Assembly (NCBI GenBank): GCA_964645835.1
Contig: CAZYDG010000052.1
Coordinates: 23,877-87,876, forward strand
DNA: 64,000 nt
Direction: 5' to 3'
Source: an uncultured Syntrophaceae bacterium
GTDB taxonomy: Bacteria; Desulfobacterota; Syntrophia; Syntrophales; UBA8958
Under the pieces are notes generated by a model. That model saw only the letters and a program-made list of their open reading frames with translations, did no database searches and had not been told where the DNA came from. Position numbers and translations under genes: made by a program. Below are positions 9,816-20,894 of the stretch, piece after piece; the stretch's first letter is position 1, and each line of letters begins with the position of its first letter.

Positions 9816-9967
9816 ATTTGACCAATTATCCATGAGATGGAGGATAAGAACCTAAAGACATATTACCATAACGCCCAGATTGGCAGCATTCCAAAGGCCG
9901 TTGCTAACCGAATGACAATATCCCGTTAAGTCACTTTCGGCAAAGAGTCATGATCTACTGGAAGACG

Positions 9968-10654
9968 CTACGCCCGATGCATGGCCAGGTGTTTTTCTAT
10001 ATAGGCCCGGACGCGGTCTTTGGGTTGAAAAATGCCGAAATGACCTTCACAGAGAATATCGGCCTCCAGATCGAGGAGTTTATGCATTGATTCACGCCAC
10101 TGCCCGATGTCCGATCCGAAAGCGGGCATAAATGGACCATGGATGTCCTGCCCGAAGAGGATGCGACGGCCGGCCCGATCCAGATAAAGTGAAATGGATC
10201 CCGGCGTGTGTCCCGGCGTATGGAGCCAGTGTATCTCTTCGGGCCCAAACTGTAATGTATCCAGTTCCCCCGTAAGCTTCATATCAACCCGTGTCGGCGG
10301 GAAATCGGTCTGATACCAGTTAGCTGCCGTCCGCACAGGATCGCCTTCTTCGATGGCCCGGGCATCGGCTTCGTGGATGACGATCCGGCAGTTGAAACGG
10401 TCGCGAAATTCGGAGGCTGACCCGATATGATCGATGTGGCAATGGGTAAGAATGAGGTGGGAAATCTTGTTCGGATCGAGGCCCGCCCCTTCGATGTTGC
10501 GGATCAATAACTTAGTACTTCCCCCGGCGCCGGAATCGATCATGACCAATTCACCACCAAAATCAATTACAAAGACTGTGGCATCATCGGAACGGGAGAT
10601 GCCCGAACCTCCGACCAAATAAATTCCCTGAGCTATCTGCTCTGCTTTTCCCAT
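9968..10654 (-). CDS. MBL-fold metallo-hydrolase
   Basis: THCHIDH, TPGHTPG, CEGH. Confidence 0.9.
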   Translation of the reverse strand: MGKAEQIAQGIYLVGGSGISRSDDATVFVIDFGGELVMIDSGAGGSTKLLIRNIEGAGLDPNKISHLILTHCHIDHIGSASEFRDRFNCRIVIHEADARAIEEGDPVRTAANWYQTDFPPTRVDMKLTGELDTLQFGPEEIHWLHTPGHTPGSISLYLDRAGRRILFGQDIHGPFMPAFGSDIGQWRESMHKLLDLEADILCEGHFGIFQPKDRVRAYIEKHLAMHRA

Positions 10655-10669
10655 TGTTTATATCGCCTT

Positions 10670-11677
10670 TTACTTATCTGAGAGGTTGCATTCCCCCGTG
10701 TTGACCACTGCCTGGCGCCCATCCCGAAGGGTCCCGACCAATTCGGAAACAGCGGCGTAATCGTGGCGCCGTAAATAATCCGACAGCCCATCGATGATAT
10801 GCATTGTTGCCATGGGGTTGATGAAATTCGCCGTACCGACCTGAATGGCCTGGGCTCCGGCGATGAGGAATTCCAAGGCGTCGGCGGCGGTCATTATCCC
10901 GCCCATGCCGATTACGGGGATAGCAACCCGGTTTGCCACCTGCCAGACCATCCGCAGGGCTATGGGCTTGATCGCCGGACCCGAAAGACCACCCGTGATA
11001 TTTTTCAGATGAGGAAGTCGCGTTTCAATGTCGATGGACATCCCCGTCAGTGTGTTGATAAGGGATACGGCATCCGCGCCGGCATTTTCAACGCTCTGTG
11101 CGATGAGAGCGATATCGGTCACATTCGGTGTAAGCTTGATGATGACGGGCAGGTTCGTTACAGACTTTACCTTCGACGTAACTTCCGCCGCCATATCGGG
11201 ATCCGTACCGAAAGAGACACCGCCTTTTTTAACATTGGGACACGAGATATTGATTTCCAGGGCATCCACGCCGCCGTCGTTGCTCAGTATCTCGCAGACC
11301 TGCTGATATTCTTCCAGGGTTTCGCCATAGACATTGGCAATGACCGGAACATCGAACTGACGTATCCAGGGAAGCTTTTCCAGGACAAAGGCCGTCACAC
11401 CGATGTTCTGCAGGCCGATTGCATTTAGCATGCCCGATGCTGTCTCAATGACACGCGGGGGGGGATTACCCGCACGGGGCTCCGCCGAGATGCCCTTGAC
11501 GACGATGGCGCCCAGACGACTCAGATCGAAATAACGGGCGTATTCCTCACCATACCCGAATGTCCCGGAAGCGGTCATGACGGGATTTTTCAACTCCAAC
11601 TGCCCAATCCGGCAGTTGAGATCGGGTAGTCTCATGTGATCAGCCATTTTTTCATTCATCATATTCATTAATCCCAA
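10670..11677 (-). CDS. pyrD: Dihydroorotate dehydrogenase 1B, catalytic subunit (start may be 11635)
   Basis: ASGTFGYG, NISCPN, KLTPN, GGLSGPAIKP. Confidence 0.93.
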   Translation of the reverse strand: MGLMNMMNEKMADHMRLPDLNCRIGQLELKNPVMTASGTFGYGEEYARYFDLSRLGAIVVKGISAEPRAGNPPPRVIETASGMLNAIGLQNIGVTAFVLEKLPWIRQFDVPVIANVYGETLEEYQQVCEILSNDGGVDALEINISCPNVKKGGVSFGTDPDMAAEVTSKVKSVTNLPVIIKLTPNVTDIALIAQSVENAGADAVSLINTLTGMSIDIETRLPHLKNITGGLSGPAIKPIALRMVWQVANRVAIPVIGMGGIMTAADALEFLIAGAQAIQVGTANFINPMATMHIIDGLSDYLRRHDYAAVSELVGTLRDGRQAVVNTGECNLSDK

Positions 11678-12468
11678 TTAATCCGGCTTATATCGAAACA
11701 TGGGCCATCTTTGCAGACCCGTCCGTAATAACTTTGCCCTGTCTCTTTCTTCAAGGACACGGCACAGCCCAAACAGGCACCGATACCGCAGGCCATACGC
11801 TCCTCCAGGGAGACCTGGCATATTATCTCTCTTCCATCAATGCTCTCCGCAAGGCATTTCATCATTTCATAAGGGCCGCAGGCATAGATGCGTGTATCTT
11901 CCCCTCCCATGTAGTCGAGATCGCGGAAAAACAAATCCGTCACAAAACCGCATGTCCCCATGGTGCCGTCGTCTGTGGTGACGATAACCTCCGTACAGAA
12001 ATCCTGAAGCTTTTCAAGGCCGAAGACGCAGTCCGCCGACTTTGACCCTAAATAGCAGGTAATCTTCAGAAATGGAGAAACATGACGGAAATGAGAGGCC
12101 AGGAAGGTGATGGGCGCCACACCCATACCGCCGGCCACGAGAACGACATGGGCCAGGGAAGAGGGCGTTTGAAACCCCGTCCCCAAGGGGCCATGGACAT
12201 CCAGCCCATCTCCTTCACGAAGATGGGACAGGAGCGAAGTTCCCCTCCCCTGGACGCGATAAAGGACCTCGAAGATATTTACGTCACTTTGGCGCTCAAA
12301 GCCGTAAACACACAGAGGCCTGCCCAGAAAGGGGTCCAGATGGCCGGGAAACCGGAGCATAACAAACTGACCCGGCGCCGGCACATCGAAATCTTCGGGA
12401 ACGGAGATGGACATGATAAAATGGCCGGGTGCAATTTCCCGGTTAAACATGACATTGCCTGAATGCAT
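11668..12468 (-). CDS. pyrK: Dihydroorotate dehydrogenase electron transfer subunit
   Basis: PGQFVM, VAGGMG, ERMACGIGACLGC, VCKDGP; adjacent to pyrD. Confidence 0.93.
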   Translation of the reverse strand: MHSGNVMFNREIAPGHFIMSISVPEDFDVPAPGQFVMLRFPGHLDPFLGRPLCVYGFERQSDVNIFEVLYRVQGRGTSLLSHLREGDGLDVHGPLGTGFQTPSSLAHVVLVAGGMGVAPITFLASHFRHVSPFLKITCYLGSKSADCVFGLEKLQDFCTEVIVTTDDGTMGTCGFVTDLFFRDLDYMGGEDTRIYACGPYEMMKCLAESIDGREIICQVSLEERMACGIGACLGCAVSLKKETGQSYYGRVCKDGPCFDISRINWD

Positions 12469-12477
12469 ATAATCTTC

Positions 12478-12936
12478 CTACGGATGATTTGGATAGGCCC
12501 ACATGATCAGGGCGTCTTCTCCGGTACTGCTGTAATAATTCTTTCGGCACCCCTCTATCACAAAACCGGACTTTTCGTACAGCTGAATCGCCGTTTGATT
12601 GGAACTTCGGACCTCAAGCGTCAGGGCGTTGATCCCCAGGGAAACCGCCACCTCCATCATCCGACGCATGAGCATTCGCCCTATCCCTTCCCGCCGGTTA
12701 TTTTTCCGTACGGCAACATGGTTGAGTTGTATTTCACCTGCCACATTCACAAAATTGATATAACCGACAATTGCCGGATTGCCGCCTTCGTTATGCTTGG
12801 CCACGTAGTTATACGTATTCTCTTTGCCAAGTTCTTCGATCCATGAACAGACAACCTCCGGTGGCACGAATGATTCCTTTTCTATTTCCATCACGCCGCC
12901 AACATCATCCGGGATCATAGGCAAAATGCTTATCAT
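12478..12936 (-). CDS. rimI: RimI-like N-acetyltransferase
   Basis: RREGIGR, TLEVRSSN, LYEKSGF, RKNYY, EDALIM; start moved to MISILPM. Confidence 0.85.
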   Translation of the reverse strand: MISILPMIPDDVGGVMEIEKESFVPPEVVCSWIEELGKENTYNYVAKHNEGGNPAIVGYINFVNVAGEIQLNHVAVRKNNRREGIGRMLMRRMMEVAVSLGINALTLEVRSSNQTAIQLYEKSGFVIEGCRKNYYSSTGEDALIMWAYPNHP

Positions 12937-12943
12937 TTTCTGA

Positions 12944-13642
12944 TTAAAGTCCGTATGCAAATTCAAAGACAATGAAAGCGACGACAAAAAGGGCGCAAAA
13001 AGCGGGGATATCGCCACGCTGTTTGATTGTGTTGAGAGCAATGGCCGCCATGAGAACCGGGAAACCGATATAGACCATGCCGAGAGCCTTGAGTATCGAT
13101 GGCGACAACATGGGAAACAGGATGTTCAGAAGGGCCGTGCCTGCCAGGATGAAAATGAAATTAAAGAGGACGAAGGCTAAAAAAGTCCTGAACAGGGCAA
13201 AGAGATGCTTCTTCTCAATGGCGGTGCCATCGCCCCGTCTCGCATCGTCAAATGCGGCATCTGAATACTTATCATTACTGGTGATAAGCCATATGTCCAT
13301 CTTCTGAGACACACCGGACAGGGGCAACATGACAAGAAGGGCAAGAACAATCAACTCTCGCGATACTGGAGCGTTTCCATGCCCGGAAAGGATCAAGGCA
13401 CTTGTAATAACAACTGTTAGAAGGGAATCGTTCGGGGGAATGTAATTGCCCAAGGCAGGCTTATCGACCCAAAGAAGTTCGAGAAAGGCACCGACGAGCA
13501 GACCGGTCCGGATATCCCCCAGGACTAAACCAATGACCGGACCCGTCACAACTGGCCTCGAAATCATCAGTTGAAAGCAAAGGCGATCCAGACATAAGAC
13601 GGCGCCAAGAAAAGCAATGGATATTGTTTTCAGCAACAGCAT
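12944..13642 (-). CDS. PTS mannose/sorbose-family EIIC-like membrane protein
   Basis: QLMISRPVVTGPVIGLVLGD...GAFLELLW; follows IIA and IIB. Confidence 0.85.
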   Translation of the reverse strand: MLLLKTISIAFLGAVLCLDRLCFQLMISRPVVTGPVIGLVLGDIRTGLLVGAFLELLWVDKPALGNYIPPNDSLLTVVITSALILSGHGNAPVSRELIVLALLVMLPLSGVSQKMDIWLITSNDKYSDAAFDDARRGDGTAIEKKHLFALFRTFLAFVLFNFIFILAGTALLNILFPMLSPSILKALGMVYIGFPVLMAAIALNTIKQRGDIPAFCALFVVAFIVFEFAYGL

Positions 13643-13671
13643 GGAAACCCCTTCCACAGTATATGGAAGAA

Positions 13672-14160
13672 TCAGAGATTCAAGGCGTCCGGCATAGACA
13701 GGACATTAGATGGTTTTTCACGGGGGACGCGCCGCAACTCGATCTGAACGTTATTCTGCAAAAACTTATTGATACTTTCCATGTCCTGATCGCTCAACAA
13801 AACACAGGAGGACAATTGCCGTCGGCAATCCTCGTTGTACACGTTGCCGACATTAAGTTTTCTGAACTTGAACCCGAGATTAAAAGCCCGCAGGGCATCT
13901 GAAATATTAGAGAACAATACGATAGCATGTTTGCCCGATCCCTGCTTGAAAGGCACCGATGCTGCGAAGGCATCAACGCTGTAAACAAGGACCTCCACTT
14001 CTCTGGGAACGGCCATTTTGATGACCGTTTCCCTGAAAAAATCGTTGGCCACATCATCATCGACCACAAAGATAATCCCGGCATTGACATATGGCACCCA
14101 AGCCTCAATAATCTGACCATGAACCAAACGATTATCTACACGGACAAGGGCAATATCCAT
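13672..14160 (-). CDS. PTS mannose-family EIIB
   Basis: RVDNRLVHGQ phospho-His motif. Confidence 0.92.
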   Translation of the reverse strand: MDIALVRVDNRLVHGQIIEAWVPYVNAGIIFVVDDDVANDFFRETVIKMAVPREVEVLVYSVDAFAASVPFKQGSGKHAIVLFSNISDALRAFNLGFKFRKLNVGNVYNEDCRRQLSSCVLLSDQDMESINKFLQNNVQIELRRVPREKPSNVLSMPDALNL

Positions 14161-14182
14161 AGGCTTTAATCAGTTTAACGGT

Positions 14183-14590
14183 TTATGCAAGTTTCTTGTT
14201 GAGGATTTCACTCGCCACGTAAATGTTCTTTATCCCGTAATCCTTGATATAATGTGCAAATTCACCCAGCTTCATTTTCTCCCGGACATCATTTACCTTA
14301 AGGATCATAGGTAGATTGACGCCAGTCACAACCTCCACCTTCCCTTCTTTCATGAAAGAAAGTGAGACATTCGAAGGCGTTCCACCGAAAAGATCCGTCA
14401 GAATCAGAACACCTTTCCCCTGATCCAGCTTCTTGATGGCCGCACTGATCTCTTTTTTTATATCCTCAAGGCCTTTTGTCTGATCAACGGAAATATGAAG
14501 TATCCCCTTCATTTCGCCTTTGATCAATTCCGCCGCCCTGATCAACTCCGTCCCCAGTTCGCCGTGGGTTGTAATCAGTACGCCAATCAT
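14183..14590 (-). CDS. PTS mannose/fructose-family EIIA
   Basis: ITTHG, TDLFGGTPSN, GVNLPM; start moved to MIGVL. Confidence 0.92.
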   Translation of the reverse strand: MIGVLITTHGELGTELIRAAELIKGEMKGILHISVDQTKGLEDIKKEISAAIKKLDQGKGVLILTDLFGGTPSNVSLSFMKEGKVEVVTGVNLPMILKVNDVREKMKLGEFAHYIKDYGIKNIYVASEILNKKLA

Positions 14591-14721
14591 GTTTCTTCCT
14601 CGCTGTCCATCGGAAATGAGCGACACCCGCAATCACAGACGGTGTCCGTCAGAACCGTCATTTTAGAGGCGTACGCTAATTTAATAAGTCCCAATTGTCA
14701 AGACATTATCAACATCATAGG

Positions 14722-14780
14722 TGTCCGGAATTATCGGACTTATTCCGGGATAACCGGACACTGTCCGGAAATACAAGACA
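14722..14780. promoter_or_regulatory. Three 19-bp imperfect palindromes (TGTCCGG-N5-CCGGACA) at 20-bp period; putative transcription-factor sites
   Basis: TGTCCGGAATTATCGGACT / ATTCCGGGATAACCGGACA / TGTCCGGAAATACAAGACA in a divergent intergenic region. Confidence 0.6.
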
Positions 14781-14986
14781 AAAAAAGCTTGACGTCAAAT
14801 ATCATTCACCGCTATCTATGCAAAATTATATACAATCATAAATCTTCGGTGTCAGGCATGTTTAATGTAATACAAACCCATTGTACTTCAAAAGACGCCT
14901 TTCAAAATATCTGATAATTTCGTGATGATGGGCGGCCAAGGGGATAAAAACATGTCGACATATGCTATCGTTTCGACCCAGTCTAA

Positions 14987-17668
14987 GTGCCAGACGGGAG
15001 AAAGGACATGAGGGTTTCGTTATCGAAGATTCTGAACCCTCGTTCGTCGTTTATTCTCCTGTCATTGCTTTGCGGTTGGCTCTTCATTTCTTATATTGCC
15101 GTTTCGTGGTTTATCAATAAAAAACTTGCGATTGATCTTCAACGTTATTCGATGGAGTTGGATCAGTCCATGTCGGCTGTTACATACCATTTTGATCGAT
15201 CCCTGGCATTCCTGAATGTAATGCCGGCATTCGTCGCCAATGATAAAGCGGTCTTAACCGTACTCAATTCATTCGACAAGCAATCATCATTGAAAAGAAA
15301 TGCTCTTCCGGACAAACGCTCATATCTCAATTCAAGTAAAGACCTTAAGGCGCTAAACCGCCATCTGGCAAATCAAACGAAGGATTTGGATGTCGATGTC
15401 ATCTGGATAGTGGCTGCAAACGGCGACTGCATTGCAAGCAGCAATTATGATCGGCCCGAATCATTTGTCGGAATCAACTATGCGGATCGCACCTACTTTA
15501 CAAGCGCAATGGCCGGATTACGGGGCAGGCAATATGCAGTTGGACGTAGAACAAACATCCCCGGTTTGTTCTCCTCAGCGCCCATATATAACGAATCTGA
15601 AGTTATCGGCGTGGTAGTCATTAAAATCGATATTGATAAACTCTCGCAGTGGTTTAACCGATTCAACTGTTTTGTAACGGATTCCGCGGGCGTCATCATT
15701 CTTGCTAATGACAAGGCGCTTGAATATAGGGCTCTTGCCGATGCCCCGGTCTTCCGTATGTCTGTTTCCGCTCGGAATAATCAATATAAGCGAAGCGATT
15801 TTCCCATATTGAAAATCGGCAATTTTGGAAATCAATTCCCCTCTTACCCGGCAATCACTATGCCGGGAAGCAACAACCGCTACATGCTGGCGAGAAGCCG
15901 GCAAAACAAGGATGGCTATACAATCTTTACTTACTCGAAGGTACCGGAGTTCGAACAGCTACGCACAGTCCAGTTGCAGTTCACTATATTGGTTTTTATT
16001 TCCGGCGCAGCCCTCATTCTTCTTATATCCAGCATTCGCCGCTATCTGCGCGACATGCGGGACGCCATTGCCGTGGCCGAGAGAGCCAACAGTGCCAAGA
16101 GCGAATTTCTCGCCACCATGAGTCATGAGATCCGTACCCCGATGAACGGTGTAATCGGCATGACCGGTATGCTGCTCGAAACCGAGATGACAACCGAACA
16201 GCGGGAATATGCCGAAATTATCCGAAAAAGCGGCGATGATCTGTTGACTCTGATCAATAACATTCTGGATTTCTCAAAAATCGAGGCTCGCAAGCTGGAT
16301 ATGGAGTTGCTGGATTTCGACCTACGAGTAACCGTGGAAGACGCCGTCGAATCTCTGGCAGTGCGGGCAAGTGATGCAGGGTTGGAACTGATCTGCCGGA
16401 TCGATCCCGACGTCCCTTCGCATTTGAAGGGAGATCCGGGACGGTTGCGTCAAGTTATCACCAATCTGGCGGGTAATGCCATCAAGTTCACTCAGGCAGG
16501 CGAAGTGGTCATCAGTGTCTCGCTCGTATCGGATCACGATGGTCATGCGGAAATCCTTTTTGAAATCCATGACACCGGTATCGGCATTCCGGAGGACCGG
16601 CGTGCCGCTATCTTTGAACCATTCACCCAGGTTGATGGGACGACTACACGTAAATTCGGCGGTACCGGCCTTGGTCTTGCCATATGCCGGCAATTGGCGG
16701 AGTTGATGGGAGGTAGAATCGGCGTTAAGAGCGAAGAGGGCAAGGGTTCCACTTTCTGGTTTACCGCCCTGCTCGAAAAGCAGCCTGTCGATATTTCATC
16801 TCAGCCTGGCATTGATGGCAAAAACCCCGAGTCTTTAGCGCGTGCAGATATAATGGGTGCGCGGATTCTTGTGGTCGACGATAACGAAACCAACCGGAAA
16901 CTGATGGCGGCCCTGCTGAACAGATGGGGGTTCCGGCATGAAAGCGCAAGCAATGATGAAACAGCTCTAAAGCTTCTATATGAAGCTGTACAGAAAAATG
17001 ATCCCTTTCGCATCGCCCTTCTTGATCAGATGATGCCTGGTATGGACGGCACCGCGCTTGGTCGCCGTATCAAAGCCGATCCACTCCTTGAATCAACGCT
17101 GCTTGTTATGATCACATCACTTGGCCGTCGCGGAGATGCCGCTATTTTGGAACAGATCGGCTTTGCCGGTTATCTGGCAAAGCCGGTGCGGCAATCACAG
17201 CTATTTGACTGCATCATGCTTGTTCTAGGCAGGGCGGCGGATAATTTGCTGGAAACAGGTATTATCACGAGGCATACTGTGAAAGAAGCCGTTAAGTGCA
17301 ACGCCCGTATCCTGCTGGCCGAAGATAACATCATAAACCAAAAAGTTGCACAAAGCATCCTGAGCAAACTGGGCTGCAAGGCTGATATAGTTGCCAACGG
17401 CTTTGAGGCAGTCCGGGCGCTTGAGTTGGTAAACTATGACCTTGTGCTCATGGATTGCCAGATGCCGGAAATGGACGGCTTTGAGGCAACTGCAGTAATC
17501 CGTGATCCGGCGTCGAAAATCATCAATCACAAAGTACCTATTATCGCCATGACTGCTAATGCCATGAAAGGCGATCGCGAATCATGCTTAGGAGCCGGGA
17601 TGGATGATTATCTGTCCAAGCCGGTAAAAAAAGAAGATCTAATGGAAATATTAAAGAAGTGGCTGTAA
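14987..17668 (+). CDS. Hybrid sensor kinase (Cache-like periplasmic domain, HisKA, HATPase, 2 REC)
   Basis: [32 protein letters not shown], two receiver domains; start may be 15008. Confidence 0.92.
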   Translation: MPDGRKDMRVSLSKILNPRSSFILLSLLCGWLFISYIAVSWFINKKLAIDLQRYSMELDQSMSAVTYHFDRSLAFLNVMPAFVANDKAVLTVLNSFDKQSSLKRNALPDKRSYLNSSKDLKALNRHLANQTKDLDVDVIWIVAANGDCIASSNYDRPESFVGINYADRTYFTSAMAGLRGRQYAVGRRTNIPGLFSSAPIYNESEVIGVVVIKIDIDKLSQWFNRFNCFVTDSAGVIILANDKALEYRALADAPVFRMSVSARNNQYKRSDFPILKIGNFGNQFPSYPAITMPGSNNRYMLARSRQNKDGYTIFTYSKVPEFEQLRTVQLQFTILVFISGAALILLISSIRRYLRDMRDAIAVAERANSAKSEFLATMSHEIRTPMNGVIGMTGMLLETEMTTEQREYAEIIRKSGDDLLTLINNILDFSKIEARKLDMELLDFDLRVTVEDAVESLAVRASDAGLELICRIDPDVPSHLKGDPGRLRQVITNLAGNAIKFTQAGEVVISVSLVSDHDGHAEILFEIHDTGIGIPEDRRAAIFEPFTQVDGTTTRKFGGTGLGLAICRQLAELMGGRIGVKSEEGKGSTFWFTALLEKQPVDISSQPGIDGKNPESLARADIMGARILVVDDNETNRKLMAALLNRWGFRHESASNDETALKLLYEAVQKNDPFRIALLDQMMPGMDGTALGRRIKADPLLESTLLVMITSLGRRGDAAILEQIGFAGYLAKPVRQSQLFDCIMLVLGRAADNLLETGIITRHTVKEAVKCNARILLAEDNIINQKVAQSILSKLGCKADIVANGFEAVRALELVNYDLVLMDCQMPEMDGFEATAVIRDPASKIINHKVPIIAMTANAMKGDRESCLGAGMDDYLSKPVKKEDLMEILKKWL

Positions 17669-17726
17669 GAGACAAATGCAGGCATACCAAAACTTGACAC
17701 GGGAACTGTCAAATATCAAATAACCG

Positions 17727-18569
17727 ATGATAAGGAGAATTATTATGAAAATACTCCGTATTGTATGTCTTACAGCGCTCATGGCACTATCAGCCGGTAT
17801 TGCTTCGGCTAAGGACACCTTCGTCATCGGCGTGGCGCCCCATACCAGCGCAAGGGTTATTCTGGAAATGTACCAACCCTTGCGCGGATATATGGAAAAG
17901 GTCCTGAGTATGCCGGTGGCAGTGACTACGGCTCCAGATTTCGATACGTTTGCCCGGCGAGCACTGGCGCAGGAATTCGATCTGGCAATTACCACGGGCC
18001 AGCAAGCCCGGCTCCTCCAGATTGATAAAGGATATATCCCGCTTCTGACCTACAAGGCTGAATTCAAGGCAATCGCTTTGGTTGCATCACGCGGTACCAT
18101 AAAGAAGCCCGCCGACCTGAATGGAAAGCTAATCCTAGGGTTGAGCCCGACTTCACAGGTAACACTCTGGGGTCAGCATTGGCTGAAGGAAAAAAAGGTG
18201 AATGCCCCCATCAAGTATGTCAGTGCTTCCGACAGTGTGGCGCAGTTGGTTATCAAGGACGAGGCTGCCGCCGGATTCACGTCACTAGCCAACTATCAGA
18301 AGCTTGCGCCTGATGTGCGCGGGAAGTTGCGGATTTTTGCAGAAAGCAAGCCGATGGCCGGGCGTGTGTATATGCTGAACAGCCGCAACGCAGCCCTGAA
18401 GAAGAAGATTGACGCCGCCTTGTGGACCTTTGCGGCAACACCCGAAGCAAAAAAATATTTTGAGGTCAATAAGTTGGAAGGATATCGCAAACTACGCGCC
18501 AACGAGCTGAAAGCAATGGATTCCTATGCCGATGAAGTCAGAAAAGTTCTGAACAGTGGTGCCAAATGA
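17727..18569 (+). CDS. PhnD/SsuA-family periplasmic binding protein
   Basis: Signal peptide, FVIGVAPH...[12 protein letters not shown]...TAPDFDTF; stop overlaps the next start (ATGA); start likely 17745. Confidence 0.8.
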   Translation: MIRRIIMKILRIVCLTALMALSAGIASAKDTFVIGVAPHTSARVILEMYQPLRGYMEKVLSMPVAVTTAPDFDTFARRALAQEFDLAITTGQQARLLQIDKGYIPLLTYKAEFKAIALVASRGTIKKPADLNGKLILGLSPTSQVTLWGQHWLKEKKVNAPIKYVSASDSVAQLVIKDEAAAGFTSLANYQKLAPDVRGKLRIFAESKPMAGRVYMLNSRNAALKKKIDAALWTFAATPEAKKYFEVNKLEGYRKLRANELKAMDSYADEVRKVLNSGAK

Positions 18570-20881
18570 AACGGTTCTCTCCCTGGAACACTGTCCGTGG
18601 CCGTCTGCTGATTCTTGCCATCGGGATAGAAATGCTGATGCTTACAGTGCTGGTATTTAACAGCCTGCGACTGCAGCATGACGCCATGACCAGCCAGGCC
18701 CGCGCTCAGGCGGCACAATATCACCCGGTACTGGCAGCGGCCCTGACCGCCCCGCTGGCCCAGCATGATTATGCCACGGTACAGGCCGTTATTAATGAAA
18801 GCCGGACGGCCGGTGATGTTTTGTATATCGTTGTTATCGATCCGACCGGCAAATGGGCGGGGTCCAGCGGGTGGCCAGCCAACCAGCCGTTACCGGAACC
18901 CAGCAAGGATTTTCCGCTGTTCAAATCTGAAAAGGACCTGCGCTATGACGTAGTCGTCCCGATAGACGTGTACGATCAGTCGTTGGGGACACTCCATTTT
19001 GGACTGAATCTTTCGCAGATTGTCTCGGCAAGACAGACTTTGCTTTTCCAAGGAATAAGCATCGCAGCAGTCGAACTTATTCTATCAACCGTCATCCTGC
19101 TGCTGATCGGATACTGGCTAACGCGTCACCTGACAGCACTGACCAAAGCCAGTCTGCAGGTTGCCGGAGGCAACCTCACTCCCCCTCCCGTTCCCGAGGG
19201 GCAAGACGATGTGGGGCAACTGGGGGTAGCCTTCAATACCATGTCGCGGATCATCGCGGAACGGGTCAAGGAACTGACCACGGCCAAGGCCGCTGCCGAG
19301 GCGGCTAATATTGCCAAAAGTGAATTTCTGGCCACCATGAGTCATGAGATCCGCACCCCGATGAACGGTGTGATCGGTATGACTGAGATCCTGATGGATT
19401 CGGAACTGACCGCTGAACAGCGAAAATGCGCCGAACTAATTAAAAACAGCGGTGAAAAATTGCTCGCATTGATTAACGACATTTTGGATTTCTCCAAAAT
19501 TGAAGCTTGCAAGCTTAGACTGGAAGCCCGATATTTTGACCTGCGCGCTCTTCTGGACGATGTTATAAAATTGATGGCTGTAAAAGCGTCAGGGAAAGGT
19601 CTGAAACTACACTGCCAAACCGCTCCAAATGTGCCGCCCTGTGTGAAGGGGGACTCTGATAGATTAACCCAGATCATTGTCAATCTTGTGGACAATGCCG
19701 TAAAATTTACCCACCAGGGCGAAATCAGAGTCAATGTATCACTGGTTAATGAATTGGAGGAGTTCGCCGTTATCCGCTTCGAGATTCTCGATACCGGCAT
19801 CGGTATACCCGCAGCCCAGCGTGCTGTTATCTTTGAACCATTTACCCAAGGCGATGGAACGGCTACCCGCAAATACGGCGGCACGGGGTTGGGACTGGCG
19901 ATATGCAAACAGCTGACCGAGATGATGGACGGTGAGATCGGTGTGGAAAGCAAGGAAGGAATCGGCTCTACATTCTGGTTTACCGTAAAGTTCGAGAAAC
20001 AGAATCCCCAGACCTCCAATGTTCCATTCTGGTCCGATAATGGGATTAATAGCTCTGGCGTTTTATCTTCGCCGGCTGACAAAGTATCGAATAAAGCAAT
20101 GATATTGGTGGCCGAGGATAATGCCATCAATCAAAAGGTGGCACAAAGCATTCTTGGCAAGTTAGGTTTTAAAGTCGATATAGCCGCCAATGGCCTTGAG
20201 GCTGTCCGTGCGCTTGAGCTGATAAACTACGACCTTGTACTAATGGATTGCCAGATGCCGGAAATGGACGGCTTTGAAGCCACCGCAGTGATCCGCGATC
20301 CATCATCGAAAGTCCTTAATCATGAAGTTTCGATTATCGCCATGACCGCCAACGCCATGAAGGGCGATCGCGAAGCATGCCTGAAAGCCGGGATGGACGA
20401 TTATCTGTCTAAGCCCGTAAAAAAGGAGAATATATCTATGGTTTTAGAAAAATGGCTGAAACCGGACGTTTCAGTGCAAAGTGCAGTCGAAACACCGGCT
20501 GAGCCGCCGACCGCAAAGGCGATTGATCAACAGGATATGCGCTTGTTGTTTAATGAAGCGGAACTACTCGATAACATTGACGGCGATATGGAAGTCGCAA
20601 AAATTATCCTGGGTGATGCTTTGATCGAAATACCTATCGAAGTTGATAATTTACGGAAATTTTGCATAGAGGGTGATATTGAGGCAATTCGGCGGCAGGC
20701 GCACAGCCTCAAAGGAATGGCTGCAAATTTATGGACTCCTGCATTGCGGGATGTTGCCTTCAGAATAGAGACAACAGCAAAAAATAATGATGTGGCTTCT
20801 GCTCGGCAGTTGTTGTCCGAGTTGGAACATACTGCGCAAATGACAATGGAAGCAATCAGCATGTGGGGCATAAAAACATAG
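18566..20881 (+). CDS. Hybrid sensor kinase (HAMP, HisKA, HATPase, REC, HPt)
   Basis: [19 protein letters not shown]...MDCQMP, HPt AHSLKG. Confidence 0.92.
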   Translation: MKRFSPWNTVRGRLLILAIGIEMLMLTVLVFNSLRLQHDAMTSQARAQAAQYHPVLAAALTAPLAQHDYATVQAVINESRTAGDVLYIVVIDPTGKWAGSSGWPANQPLPEPSKDFPLFKSEKDLRYDVVVPIDVYDQSLGTLHFGLNLSQIVSARQTLLFQGISIAAVELILSTVILLLIGYWLTRHLTALTKASLQVAGGNLTPPPVPEGQDDVGQLGVAFNTMSRIIAERVKELTTAKAAAEAANIAKSEFLATMSHEIRTPMNGVIGMTEILMDSELTAEQRKCAELIKNSGEKLLALINDILDFSKIEACKLRLEARYFDLRALLDDVIKLMAVKASGKGLKLHCQTAPNVPPCVKGDSDRLTQIIVNLVDNAVKFTHQGEIRVNVSLVNELEEFAVIRFEILDTGIGIPAAQRAVIFEPFTQGDGTATRKYGGTGLGLAICKQLTEMMDGEIGVESKEGIGSTFWFTVKFEKQNPQTSNVPFWSDNGINSSGVLSSPADKVSNKAMILVAEDNAINQKVAQSILGKLGFKVDIAANGLEAVRALELINYDLVLMDCQMPEMDGFEATAVIRDPSSKVLNHEVSIIAMTANAMKGDREACLKAGMDDYLSKPVKKENISMVLEKWLKPDVSVQSAVETPAEPPTAKAIDQQDMRLLFNEAELLDNIDGDMEVAKIILGDALIEIPIEVDNLRKFCIEGDIEAIRRQAHSLKGMAANLWTPALRDVAFRIETTAKNNDVASARQLLSELEHTAQMTMEAISMWGIKT

Positions 20882-20894
20882 GAATGAAAATCCC

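Noticed and set aside
14722-14780. CRISPR array (also considered for 56537-56595 and 61360-61880)
   Set aside because: Units abut with no unique spacers, or are in-frame coding repeats; no cas genes are present.
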